59,446 bases of DNA, from NCBI GenBank assembly GCA_022825745.1, contig JAJDWF010000035.1, positions 1 through 59,446 on the forward strand. Direction: 5' to 3'. The notes beneath the pieces are model-generated. The model searched no databases. It was not told the origin of the DNA and saw only the letters and a program-made list of their open reading frames with translations. Positions within the stretch are counted from its first letter, which is position 1. Each line of letters begins with the position of its first letter. Below are positions 35,700 through 48,125 of this stretch, in pieces. This DNA comes from Dehalococcoidia bacterium (GTDB lineage: Bacteria > Chloroflexota > Dehalococcoidia > Lucifugimonadales > UBA3495). The position numbers were made by a program, and so were the translations under genes.

Positions 35700-35949
35700 G
35701 CCGGTATCCCTCAATCAATGCGACGAATATATTTTCAGAGTAACGGCACGGGCAACCACGCGCAAGTTCCGGCGGGTGTTTCGATTGGCCTGCCCCTTTG
35801 GGGTTGGTGGTTGGATGATTGATTCGGGTCGGGGAGGTTCAGGATCGTCGGCGCTCGCGCGCGGGCACTCTGGCGCAAGCGGGGTTATTGGCGTTATTAT
35901 TTGGGTTGTTGGCAGGCGCTTTTAGATTGCCGGCATTCTGCTTGAAGTT

Positions 35950-37668
35950 ATGACCACGTCAGCGCAAGTTTATTACCGCAAGTGGCGGCCCGGCACGTTC
36001 AGCGACCTGGCCGGGCAGGAGCACGTGGGCAATACGCTGCGCCAGGCGGTGACGCAGGGGCGCGTCAGCCACAGCTACCTGTTCTGCGGCACCCGGGGCA
36101 GCGGCAAGACCACCACCGCCCGCGTGCTGGCCAAGGCCGTCAACTGCCTCAACCCGCAGCAGGGCGACCCCTGCGACCAGTGCGCCATCTGCGTGTCGAT
36201 CAACGAGGGGCGCAACCTGGACATCATCGAGCTGGACGCCGCCAGCAACCGGGGCGTGGAGGAAATCCGCGAGATCCGCGACAAGGTCCACTTCCAGCCG
36301 GCTCAGAACCGCCGCAAGGTCTATATCATCGACGAAGCCCACATGCTGACCCGCGAGGCTTCCAACGCCTTCCTGAAAACCCTGGAGGAACCGCCCGAGC
36401 ACGTCATATTCATACTGTGCACCACCGAGGCCGACCGGCTGCTGCCGACGATACTCTCACGTTGCCAGCGTTACGACTTCCGCCGGCTGCCCGGCCAGAC
36501 CATCTACGACCGGCTGGCCTACATCACCGACCAGGAAGCCATCGCCATCCATCCCGACGCGCTGCGCATGATCGCCCGCAATGCCGGCGGCTCCATGCGG
36601 GACGCCCTCAACATCCTGGAGCAACTGGCGGTGTCATCCGACGGCGACATCACCCTGCGGCACGTCGAAGAGTCCCTGGGCCTGGTGCGCAGCGACGCCT
36701 ACTTGGCCCTGGCGCAGAAGCTGCTGGCCGGCGACACCACCGGCGCGCTGGAAACCATCAACGAGGTGGTCTGGGAGGGCGGCGAGCCGCGGCAGTTGCA
36801 TCGCCAGACTCTGGACCTGCTGCGCTCCATGCTGTTGCTCTCGTGGGACGCCGGGCAGACGCTGGACCTTCCCGACGACACGCTGGCCGGCCTGCGCGCC
36901 GTCATTGAAAAGACGGACTCGCAGCACATCCTGCGGGCGGTGCGCATCTGGGGCGAGGCCAGCGCGGGCCTGCGCTACGACGCGCCGTCGGCGCTGGCGC
37001 TGGAAATCGCCGCCGCCGAAATATGCCGGCCCGCGCCGTTGACCAATAACGCGCCCGCAGAACCACCCATGGCGGCGCCGGCTCCGCCACCGCAGCAAGC
37101 CGCTGCCGGCCGTCAACCCCAGCGCCCGCCGCCGTCGCCGCAACAATCCGGTCGCGGCCAACCGCGCCAGGGCAACGCCGGCCCTGCGCAGCCGCCACCA
37201 CCCCGCCAGGCTCCGCCTCCGCCACCGCCGGACAGCCGGCCCGCGCCGTCGCGGGCGCCCGCCGCCGCGCCCGACAGCCTCCAGGGACGCTGGGAGCAGG
37301 CCGTGCGCCAGTTGGGACGGGTCAAGGGCAGCAAGTACAACCTGGGGGCGCTGCTGCGCGACTGTCGCTCCGGCAGCGTCCACCTGGCGGACGACGGCGC
37401 CACGCTGGTGCTGCCTTTCAGCAACGCCGCCAACCTGGACCGGATGCAGGAGGAACTGAACGACCCCCGGGTTCGTGATACTATTGAGCAGGCCATCGAA
37501 CAGTTTTTTGGCTCACGACACACCTTCCAGGTGACCCTGGCCGGCGCCAACGGAGAGGGCGCCCAACCAGCCCGCAACTCCATCCAGGACAGCCCACTGG
37601 TCCGCACGGCGATGGGCCTGGGCGCGCGCATCCTGGACGAACAACAGGAGGCCCCGAAACCATTATGA
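35950..37668 (+). CDS. dnaX: DNA polymerase III subunit gamma/tau
   Basis: YRKWRP, GTRGSGKTT, Cys zinc motif, ELDAASNRG, IIDEAHML, SRCQ; Pro-rich linker. Confidence 0.97.
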   Translation: MTTSAQVYYRKWRPGTFSDLAGQEHVGNTLRQAVTQGRVSHSYLFCGTRGSGKTTTARVLAKAVNCLNPQQGDPCDQCAICVSINEGRNLDIIELDAASNRGVEEIREIRDKVHFQPAQNRRKVYIIDEAHMLTREASNAFLKTLEEPPEHVIFILCTTEADRLLPTILSRCQRYDFRRLPGQTIYDRLAYITDQEAIAIHPDALRMIARNAGGSMRDALNILEQLAVSSDGDITLRHVEESLGLVRSDAYLALAQKLLAGDTTGALETINEVVWEGGEPRQLHRQTLDLLRSMLLLSWDAGQTLDLPDDTLAGLRAVIEKTDSQHILRAVRIWGEASAGLRYDAPSALALEIAAAEICRPAPLTNNAPAEPPMAAPAPPPQQAAAGRQPQRPPPSPQQSGRGQPRQGNAGPAQPPPPRQAPPPPPPDSRPAPSRAPAAAPDSLQGRWEQAVRQLGRVKGSKYNLGALLRDCRSGSVHLADDGATLVLPFSNAANLDRMQEELNDPRVRDTIEQAIEQFFGSRHTFQVTLAGANGEGAQPARNSIQDSPLVRTAMGLGARILDEQQEAPKPL

Positions 37669-37967
37669 TGAACAAGCGCATGATGCGCCAGGCCCAGCAA
37701 CTGCAAAACCGCCTGGCCAAGGCCCAGGAGGAACTGGAAGCCATGAGCGTCGAGGGTTCCGCCGGCGGCGGCGTGGTGCGCGTCACCATGACCGGCAAGC
37801 AGGAAGTGACCGCCGTGGTGATCGAACCGGAGGCGGCCGAGGACATCGACCTGCTGCAGGACCTGGTGGCCGCCGCCGTCAACGACGCCTTCACCCGCAC
37901 CCAGGAGCTGGCCGCCGAGAAGATGGGTGCGGTAACGGGCGGAATGAACATACCCGGCCTTTTTTAG
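37665..37967 (+). CDS. ybaB: YbaB/EbfC nucleoid-associated protein
   Basis: MRQAQQLQ, GSAGGGVV, LQDLVAAAVNDA; lies between dnaX and recR. Confidence 0.93.
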   Translation: MMNKRMMRQAQQLQNRLAKAQEELEAMSVEGSAGGGVVRVTMTGKQEVTAVVIEPEAAEDIDLLQDLVAAAVNDAFTRTQELAAEKMGAVTGGMNIPGLF

Positions 37968-37972
37968 CGGAT

Positions 37973-38596
37973 ATGACCCCTGATCCCACTCCGGGCACGA
38001 CGCGCTCGCTGGGGCAGCTGATCGACCGGCTGCACCAACTGCCCGGGATCGGCCCCAAGAGCGCCCAGCGCATCGCCTACTACATCGCCCACGTTCCCGA
38101 CGATGAGGCGCGCGCGCTGGCCGACGCCATCGTCGCCGTCAAGGATATGATCCTGTTCTGCGACGAGTGCCGGAACCTCACCGACGCCTCGCCGTGCGCC
38201 ATCTGCGCCAACCCGCAGCGCAACCGCGACCAGATCTGCGTGGTAGAGGAGTCCCGCGACCTGGTGGCCCTGGAGCGCACCCGCGTCTATCGCGGCATGT
38301 ACCACGTGCTGCACGGCACACTGTCGCCCCTGAACGGCGTCGGCCCCGAGGACATCCACCTGCCTCAACTGTTCGCGCGCCTACAGGATCAGGACAGCCC
38401 CTTGCAGGAACTGATTGTCGCCACGAACCCCACGCTGGAGGGCGACGCCACCGCCGATTTCATTTACCGGCGCCTGGCCGGCAGCGGCATACGTATCACC
38501 CGCCTGGCGCTGGGCTTGCCCGTCGGCGGCTCCCTGGAATTTGCCGACGAGACCACCCTGAGCCGCGCCCTGGCCGGCCGCAACCAGCTCGAATGA
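37973..38596 (+). CDS. recR: Recombination mediator RecR
   Basis: LPGIGPKSAQR, C4 zinc finger, YHVLHG, ATNPTLEG. Confidence 0.97.
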   Translation: MTPDPTPGTTRSLGQLIDRLHQLPGIGPKSAQRIAYYIAHVPDDEARALADAIVAVKDMILFCDECRNLTDASPCAICANPQRNRDQICVVEESRDLVALERTRVYRGMYHVLHGTLSPLNGVGPEDIHLPQLFARLQDQDSPLQELIVATNPTLEGDATADFIYRRLAGSGIRITRLALGLPVGGSLEFADETTLSRALAGRNQLE

Positions 38597-39378
38597 CCCA
38601 GCCACGAACCTATCGCGCCGTCGGCCTCACCCTGCGCAAGTCGCCGGCCGGCGAGGCGGATCTCATTGCGTCGCTGTACAGCAGAGAGCACGGCAAGCTG
38701 GACGTGCTGGCCCGTGGGGCGCGCCGGCTGACCAGCAAGCTCATGGGGCACTTTGAGCCGCTGACGCTGGTCCGCCTGTCCATTGCCCGGGGGCGTACCC
38801 TGGACATCGTGGCGGAGGCCGAGGTGGTCAACGCCTTCCCCGACGTCAAAGCGGATTACGCCAGCGTCGCACGGGGCCTGCACGTGGCCGAACTCATTGA
38901 CGGTTTCAGCGCGTCCTCTGCGTCCAATCCCCAGGTGCTCGACCTTGCGCTGCAAACGCTGGACGCCATCGGCAAGCAGTCCCCTGCCGCCACCGACGAC
39001 CATTCTCCCGACCTGCCGCTGCGGTACTTCGACCTGCAACTGCTGCAACTCTCCGGCTTCCTGCCCGAGCTTTACCAGTGCGTGGAGTGCGGCGACGGGC
39101 TGGAGCCGGAGCGGCACCGCTTCGCCGCCGGCGCCGGCGGGGCGCTCTGCGCCGACTGCATAACGCCGCCGGAGATTGTCGTGCGCCCGTTGTCCCTGCC
39201 GGCGCTGAAAGTGCTGCGCCTGCTGCACCGCACCGAATCGGTTGACCGGCTGCCTCAACTGAACATGCCGGCGACCGTGCAACGAGAAGTCCACGGCATC
39301 CTGAGCGAGACGCTGCAATACTGGCTTGACCGCCAATTGCGCGCCCAGTCTTTTCTCGATGCCGCCAAATTGGCCTGA
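38593..39378 (+). CDS. recO: DNA repair protein RecO
   Basis: GEAD...HGK...ARGARR OB fold, CVECG...CADC zinc finger; ATGA overlap with recR. Confidence 0.92.
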   Translation: MTQPRTYRAVGLTLRKSPAGEADLIASLYSREHGKLDVLARGARRLTSKLMGHFEPLTLVRLSIARGRTLDIVAEAEVVNAFPDVKADYASVARGLHVAELIDGFSASSASNPQVLDLALQTLDAIGKQSPAATDDHSPDLPLRYFDLQLLQLSGFLPELYQCVECGDGLEPERHRFAAGAGGALCADCITPPEIVVRPLSLPALKVLRLLHRTESVDRLPQLNMPATVQREVHGILSETLQYWLDRQLRAQSFLDAAKLA

Positions 39379-39449
39379 ATCCGCACACCTTGCTGTTGAA
39401 CCGCCGGCCCGTAAAGGCGTAAAACCCTTTCCATAACTCAGCCGCAAAG

Positions 39450-39476
39450 GTTGTTCCCGCGTAGGCGGGTATCCAG
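39450..39476. repeat. RPE/REP-like element of the TTCCCGC-GTAG-GCGGG(A/T)ATCCA type
   Basis: GTTGTTCCCGCGTAGGCGGGTATCCAG; reads WIPAYAG on the minus strand, as is typical of this palindromic repeat family. Confidence 0.55.
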
Positions 39477-39504
39477 GCCACCGGATTCATTGAGAAGGGT
39501 CCTC

Positions 39505-41082
39505 ATGTTCAACAAAGTGCTAATAGCCAACCGGGGCGAAATTGCCGCCCGCATCATCCGCACCTGCCAGCGCCTCGGCGTGGCTACGGTAGCGGTATAT
39601 TCCGAGGCCGACGCCGGGGCCTTGCACACTCAGCTGGCTGACCAGTCGGTGTGCATCGGCCCCGCGCCGGCCGTCGATTCCTACCTCAACATCGACGCCG
39701 TGATGAACGCCTGCCACGCCACTGGCGCCCAGGCCATCCATCCCGGCTACGGGTTCCTTTCCGAGAACGGCCGGCTGGTCAGCCGCTGCAAGTCCGAGGG
39801 CGTGGTGTTCATCGGCCCCGTCGAGGAAGTGCTGAACCAGATGGGCGACAAGCTCTCCGCCCGCCGGGTCGCGCGGAAATCCGGCTTGCCGGTCATGCCG
39901 GGCACGGAGGAGCCGGTTTCGGATGAGGAAGCCATCAACAAGGCCTGGGAGCTGGGCTTTCCCATGATGGTCAAGGCGGCAGCCGGCGGCGGCGGCATCG
40001 GCATCCACGTGGTGCACAACATGGCGGAGCTGGAACCCGTTATCGAGCGCACCCGCAAAGTCGCCCAGGCCGCATTCGCCGATTCCAGCCTGTTCTACGA
40101 GCGTTACCTGGAAGGCGCGTCCCACATCGAGGTGCAGCTCATCGCCGACCAGTACGGCAACGTGCTGCATCTTTACGAGCGCGACTGTTCCATCCAGCGC
40201 CGGAACCAGAAGCTCATCGAGGAAACGCCGGCCTCCGTCAAGCTGCCCGGCGAAGTGCGCGAGCAGATCGGCCGGCTGTCCCGCCAGCTGGGCCGCGAGG
40301 TGGGCTACACCAACGCCGGCACCGTGGAATTTCTGGTCACGCCCGACGGCCATTTCTACTTCATGGAGATGAACCCACGCCTCCAGGTCGAGCACGGCGT
40401 CACCGAACTGCTCACCGGGCAGGACATCGTGGAGTTGCAACTGCAATCCGCCGCCGGTTTCCCGTTCTCCATCCGCCAGCCCGACCTCCAGCCCAACGGC
40501 CACGCCATCGAAGCCCGCGTCTATCCCGAAGACCCGGACACCTGTCTCCCCAACGTCGGCGTCGTGAGCGAACTGCGGCTGCCCCAGGGCGAGCACGTGC
40601 GGGTCGATACCGCGCTTTGCGTCGGCTACGAGGTTTCGCTACACTACGAACCGTTGCTCGCCAAGGTGATGGCTTGGGGCGTTGACCGCGATGCCGCCAT
40701 CGCCACGCTGGACGCGGCCCTGGCCGACTTCCACGTGGCCGGCGTAACGACCAACATACCCCTGCTGCGCGACGTGCTGGCCAGTCCCGAATTCACGTCG
40801 GGGCAATATCACACGGGCAGCCTGAGCGCCATCCTGGAGCGACGATTACAAGCCACGGGCAAAACGACGACCATGCACCCAAGCGGAACCTCAGGCAACG
40901 GACACCGGCCGGACGCCGAACTCGATCCGCGCGCCCTGGCCGCCGCCATCGGCGCGGCCGCCGTGGCCGTTGCTCGGAACGAGCAGCAGAACGGCTCCGC
41001 CATCCCGCAGGGCGGCTCGCGCTGGCGGACCATGGGGCGTCGTGAACTTTTCCGCTCGCGGCTGGGGAGCGTGTCCTGGTAA
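39505..41082 (+). CDS. accC: Biotin carboxylase subunit of an acyl-CoA/pyruvate carboxylase
   Basis: KVLIANRGEIA, HPGYGFLSEN, GGGGIG, ERDCSIQRRNQK, EMNPRLQVEH. Confidence 0.9.
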   Translation: MFNKVLIANRGEIAARIIRTCQRLGVATVAVYSEADAGALHTQLADQSVCIGPAPAVDSYLNIDAVMNACHATGAQAIHPGYGFLSENGRLVSRCKSEGVVFIGPVEEVLNQMGDKLSARRVARKSGLPVMPGTEEPVSDEEAINKAWELGFPMMVKAAAGGGGIGIHVVHNMAELEPVIERTRKVAQAAFADSSLFYERYLEGASHIEVQLIADQYGNVLHLYERDCSIQRRNQKLIEETPASVKLPGEVREQIGRLSRQLGREVGYTNAGTVEFLVTPDGHFYFMEMNPRLQVEHGVTELLTGQDIVELQLQSAAGFPFSIRQPDLQPNGHAIEARVYPEDPDTCLPNVGVVSELRLPQGEHVRVDTALCVGYEVSLHYEPLLAKVMAWGVDRDAAIATLDAALADFHVAGVTTNIPLLRDVLASPEFTSGQYHTGSLSAILERRLQATGKTTTMHPSGTSGNGHRPDAELDPRALAAAIGAAAVAVARNEQQNGSAIPQGGSRWRTMGRRELFRSRLGSVSW

Positions 41083-41083
41083 C

Positions 41084-41533
41084 TTGACCACGATTAGGGT
41101 TCGCGTCGGCGAGCATTGGTACACCGTTGAAGTTGGCGACCTCGGCCAATCGCCCGTCCGGGTTACGGTTGACGGCGAGATTTTCGAGGTTGATGTAGAG
41201 GCGGAGATAGCGCCAACGCCGCCGCGCCGGGGGCGGCCCCCCGGCGGTTTCACCGTGCCGGATGCGCCGTCGTCCGCGCCGTCGGGTTCCACGGCGCCGC
41301 CGTCCGGCGTACCAGTCAATGATGACATCCTGCGCTCGCCCATGCCGGGCCGGGTCATGTCCATCCTGGTGCGCCCCGGGGATGCCGTGTCCGCCGGCGA
41401 CGAGGTCTGCGTGGTGGAGGCCATGAAAATGGAGCAGAGCATCCTGGCCCACCGCGACGGCGTGGTCAAGACCGTGTTCGTGCAGCCCCTGGATTCTGTC
41501 AACGCCAACGACCCGCTGGTAGAATTGGAGTAG
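41084..41533 (+). CDS. Biotin carboxyl carrier protein
   Basis: SPMPG and EAMKM biotinylation motif; TTG 1 nt after the accC stop. Confidence 0.9.
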   Translation: MTTIRVRVGEHWYTVEVGDLGQSPVRVTVDGEIFEVDVEAEIAPTPPRRGRPPGGFTVPDAPSSAPSGSTAPPSGVPVNDDILRSPMPGRVMSILVRPGDAVSAGDEVCVVEAMKMEQSILAHRDGVVKTVFVQPLDSVNANDPLVELE

Positions 41534-41583
41534 CCAACCAATCCGAACCGATAACCGCCAACCCAACGCAAGAAGGCACTCTA

Positions 41584-44619
<3,036 letters not shown>

Positions 44620-44635
44620 GCGACCCGCCCGCCAG

Positions 44636-45745
44636 GTGAACACCATGCCCGACGCAGCGCCATCGCCCGACCCGACCCTGCACCTGCCCAGCCTGGTCAT
44701 CAAAAACTTCCGCGGCATCGACGAACTGACGATACCGCGGCTGGGTCGCGTGACGCTGCTGGCGGGGAAGAACGGCGTCGGCAAAACCACAGTGCTGGAT
44801 GCGGTGCGGGTTTATGCAGGCCGAGGCCAACTCCACATTCTTGACGATGTATTGGTCAAACGGGGGGACGCTTTCGTCGCGGCCAACCAGAAAGATGGAC
44901 AATACGTTGTTGCGGACTGGTACGCGCTTTTCACGGATCGTCGCAACTCATCCGAGATTGCAATCTCAATTGGATCCGGCGCAAGCTCCGATGTACTTCA
45001 GATCGGTTGGCAATCCGGTGTTAGATTGCAGTCAGATCAACCTACGATGCTGGGGCCTAACGAATTTTTGAGTGGAGCGCGGCCATCGTTGGTCATGCGG
45101 CTGGGTGATTCCAAAATCTACCCTCCATACGATGGCGACGTTGTTTCATTGCCTTCTACCATTCCATGCAACACCCTAGGCCCTAATGGGGCAACTGATG
45201 AAACGGTCGAACAATATTGGAGCGAGGTGGCTCTCACGCCCGACGAAGACCGGGCGCTCGAAGCACTCAACCTAATTACCGCCGCAGAAGTTGAGCGAGT
45301 CGCCGCCTTGGGTCCACCTATAAGCACAAATAGCAAAGCAACCCAGCCACGGCGGATGATGGTCAAAGTAAAGGGTGTTGATTACCAAGTACCCCTGCGC
45401 TCCCTCGGCGACGGTGCGATGCGTACCTATGCCGTCGCTCTCGCCCTTGCCAAAAGCAGCGGCGGCTTCCTACTCATCGACGAAGCCGAAAACGGCATCC
45501 ACCACTCAGTGCAGGCCAAGTTCTGGAAGATGGTGTTGCAGACTGCTCAGCGCAACAACGTGCAGGTGCTGGCTACCACGCACAGCTGGGACTGCGTAAC
45601 CGGGTTCGCTCAGGCCGCCAACGAGTTGGAGGATGTGGAGGGTTTGTTGGTCCGCTTGGAGCGTCCGCCTGCGGGACTTCGCGTTTTCTCCTACGATGAA
45701 TCCCGCTTGAATGCGGCTGTGAAATACGACATTGAGGTGCGCTAA
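44636..45745 (+). CDS. ABC-type (AAA_15/AAA_21-like) ATPase
   Basis: IKNFRGI, GKNGVGKT, SLGDG, LLIDEAENGIH, ATTHS. Confidence 0.88.
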   Translation: MNTMPDAAPSPDPTLHLPSLVIKNFRGIDELTIPRLGRVTLLAGKNGVGKTTVLDAVRVYAGRGQLHILDDVLVKRGDAFVAANQKDGQYVVADWYALFTDRRNSSEIAISIGSGASSDVLQIGWQSGVRLQSDQPTMLGPNEFLSGARPSLVMRLGDSKIYPPYDGDVVSLPSTIPCNTLGPNGATDETVEQYWSEVALTPDEDRALEALNLITAAEVERVAALGPPISTNSKATQPRRMMVKVKGVDYQVPLRSLGDGAMRTYAVALALAKSSGGFLLIDEAENGIHHSVQAKFWKMVLQTAQRNNVQVLATTHSWDCVTGFAQAANELEDVEGLLVRLERPPAGLRVFSYDESRLNAAVKYDIEVR

Positions 45746-45747
45746 CA

Positions 45748-46389
45748 GTGATAATCCCCCGTCCGGGCGCATCCGACCCACTGCTAGTGGTGGAGGGGCA
45801 AGACGACTTGCACGTAATCAGGCACTTGGCCGAACATAGCGATCCATCGCTGACGTTCGGAATCCGGGACTACGAGGGTATTGAGAACGTACTCGCCAGC
45901 ATGAACGGCCACATTGACACCTCCGGTCGGCCCGCGGTTGGTTTTGTAGTGGACTCAGACCGCGATGTCAGCCGAACGTGGCGCCGTATTCGCGGCGAGT
46001 TCTTGAATACGATACGCGCCATTCCTTTGCCTGATAACCCGGAACCGAACGGTACTATCATCGCCGGAGATCCGCTTACTGGCGACCCCCGCATCGGCGT
46101 ATGGTTGATGCCGGACAATTCGAACGACGGTGAACTGGAAAACTTCGTCGCCGACATGATTCCCGCCGGCGACTCGGTTTGGCCACTGGCGCAGCAATAC
46201 ATTGACGGGATACCGCCGATGGACAGAAAGTTTGCGGACAGCAAAACGCTGCGCGCCCAGATTCACGCCTGGCTGGCCGCCCGCGAGGACCCGAGGCAGA
46301 TGGGCCTGGCTATCCGAACTCGCGACCTTGACGTTGCCAATCCGCTATCCCGGCGGTTTCTCGACTGGCTTTCCCGCCTTTTTCGCTAG
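45748..46389 (+). CDS. DUF3226-like TOPRIM-fold protein
   Basis: LLVVEGQDD, VVDSD (DxD), WLMPDNSNDGELENF; 2 nt after the ATPase. Confidence 0.75.
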   Translation: MIIPRPGASDPLLVVEGQDDLHVIRHLAEHSDPSLTFGIRDYEGIENVLASMNGHIDTSGRPAVGFVVDSDRDVSRTWRRIRGEFLNTIRAIPLPDNPEPNGTIIAGDPLTGDPRIGVWLMPDNSNDGELENFVADMIPAGDSVWPLAQQYIDGIPPMDRKFADSKTLRAQIHAWLAAREDPRQMGLAIRTRDLDVANPLSRRFLDWLSRLFR

Positions 46390-47696
46390 CCGCCGCCCTC
46401 AATACCCTCTCCGCCCCCGGCCGCCTCCCGGCCCGGCCGCGTCGCCGTCAGCATCAGGACCGACACTACTGCCAGGTTGATGCCAAACGCCAGGAACGCT
46501 CCCTGGTAGGTACCGAACCGGTCCACCGCGAGGCCGGCCGCCGTGGGCCCCAGCGCTTGCCCGCCCACCTGCGCCGCCAGACTCCACGCCCGTATCGCGC
46601 CCAGGTGCATCCGCCCGAAGTAGTCCGCTCCCGCCAGCCGCGCCATGATGTGCAGGCCGCCGACGCCGAACCCCAGGAAGAACGCCCCCAGGACGCCCAC
46701 GGCGATCTCGCTGGCAAAGGCCGTGGTGATGGCGCCGGCGGCAACCACCAGGCCCGACGCCGTCATCACGAACCGCGCCTGCGTCTTCTGCGCCATCGCC
46801 GAGAAGAACACGCTCGCCGGCACCTGCGAAATCGCGAACGTGCTCGGCGTCCACACCGCCACCGACGCCGGCACTCCCTGGTCCACGAAGTGCGGCACCT
46901 GGTGCAGCGACACCCCCGCCTGCACGATGAAACCGGCGAAGGCGAAGACCATCATCAGCCAGAACGCCCGCGTCCGCATCGCCTGCCGCAGCGTGAAGTT
47001 GATCTCGTCGGCCGCGGACTGCGGACGCCGGCCCGACGCCGATTCCCGCCGCTCAACTTTCTCGCCGCCGTCGGGTTCCAGTCCCAGGTCCTCCGGACGC
47101 CGCGCCATCAGCAGGATCGCCGGAATCACGCCCACCGCCACCGTCCAGATGCCCAGGGAATACCAGGCCACGTCCCAGCCCCACGCGCCGATCATCGCCT
47201 GCCCCACCAGCGGCATCACCGCCAGGCCCGAACCCTGGGAAACGTGGTTCAGGGCCAGCGCGAAGGGACGCCGGCGCACGAACCAGTTGCTCACCGCCAC
47301 CGACGTGCCCAGCTCCAGCGGACTGGCGAACATGGTGCGGCCCGGCACGTACACCAGGTAGAACATCCAGATCTGGCTCACCGCGCCCATGGCCACCGCG
47401 CACAGTCCGGCGATGCCCGACGACATGCCCACCACCATGCCGGCGCCATAGCGGTCCAGCACCGGCCCCACCAGCGGCGAAATCACCGCCGCGAACACTC
47501 CGCCCAGGCTGACCGCGCCCGCGAACTCCGCCCGCGTCCAGCCGAACTGCTCCGACATCGGCACCACGAACACCGTCAGCACCGCCACCGACATGAGCGG
47601 CCGCGCCGAGTACGATGCTACTCCCGACAGGCCCAGGATGACCCAGCCGTAATAGAAAGGCGTCGCCCGGGCCGTTCGGGTTTGCAGCGCGCGCAT
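46386..47696 (-). CDS. MFS transporter (paralog of 725-2053)
   Basis: YYGWVI, GPVLDRYG, WFVRRR, about 12 TM segments. Confidence 0.9.
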   Translation of the reverse strand: MRALQTRTARATPFYYGWVILGLSGVASYSARPLMSVAVLTVFVVPMSEQFGWTRAEFAGAVSLGGVFAAVISPLVGPVLDRYGAGMVVGMSSGIAGLCAVAMGAVSQIWMFYLVYVPGRTMFASPLELGTSVAVSNWFVRRRPFALALNHVSQGSGLAVMPLVGQAMIGAWGWDVAWYSLGIWTVAVGVIPAILLMARRPEDLGLEPDGGEKVERRESASGRRPQSAADEINFTLRQAMRTRAFWLMMVFAFAGFIVQAGVSLHQVPHFVDQGVPASVAVWTPSTFAISQVPASVFFSAMAQKTQARFVMTASGLVVAAGAITTAFASEIAVGVLGAFFLGFGVGGLHIMARLAGADYFGRMHLGAIRAWSLAAQVGGQALGPTAAGLAVDRFGTYQGAFLAFGINLAVVSVLMLTATRPGREAAGGGEGIEGGG

Positions 47697-47713
47697 GGCG
47701 GCTGATTATAGCA
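47697..47713 (-). promoter_or_regulatory. Extended -10 promoter giving a (near-)leaderless mRNA
   Basis: TGcTATAAT 8 nt before the ATG; no SD sequence. Confidence 0.5.
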
Positions 47714-48125
47714 CTCGCTGCCGCCCATTCCTGGTCGCCATAACCTTCTGCCATGGCTTTTCGATTCTCGGAATTGGGTAAGGTGGCTATTTTGGCGAAA
47801 TCCCGCTTATTTCCTCTCATTTTCGCTCATTTGAGTAGGACGTAGAGCGGATGCCAGGGGCGGGATGGGGGCGATTTGGATGGACTTGGCGGGCCAGTGG
47901 GCGGATTTGGGGGAGCGGCGCTTGGGGTGGCTCGTGACTGTCTGAATCAAGATTTTTGGGATTAGAGAATTTTCAGGATTGAGGGGTTACGGTCATTTGG
48001 ATTGGGGCGATTGGATGGTTAGGTTAAATGGTACGGATGAATGGTGAGTAGGGGCAAGGGGGAAGTGTCACTGGCGGTGGGAAAGGGCACGGCGAGGGGA
48101 TTTCCTGTGCTATATTGGCGACCCT

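Noticed and set aside
35715-35949. Possible SRP RNA (ffs) or tRNA upstream of dnaX
   Set aside because: No SRP domain IV motif (CAGG...GGAA...AGCAG) or tRNA cloverleaf visible.
35950-37668. Programmed frameshift in dnaX
   Set aside because: No A-AAA-AAG slippery site or poly-A/T run seen in the gene.
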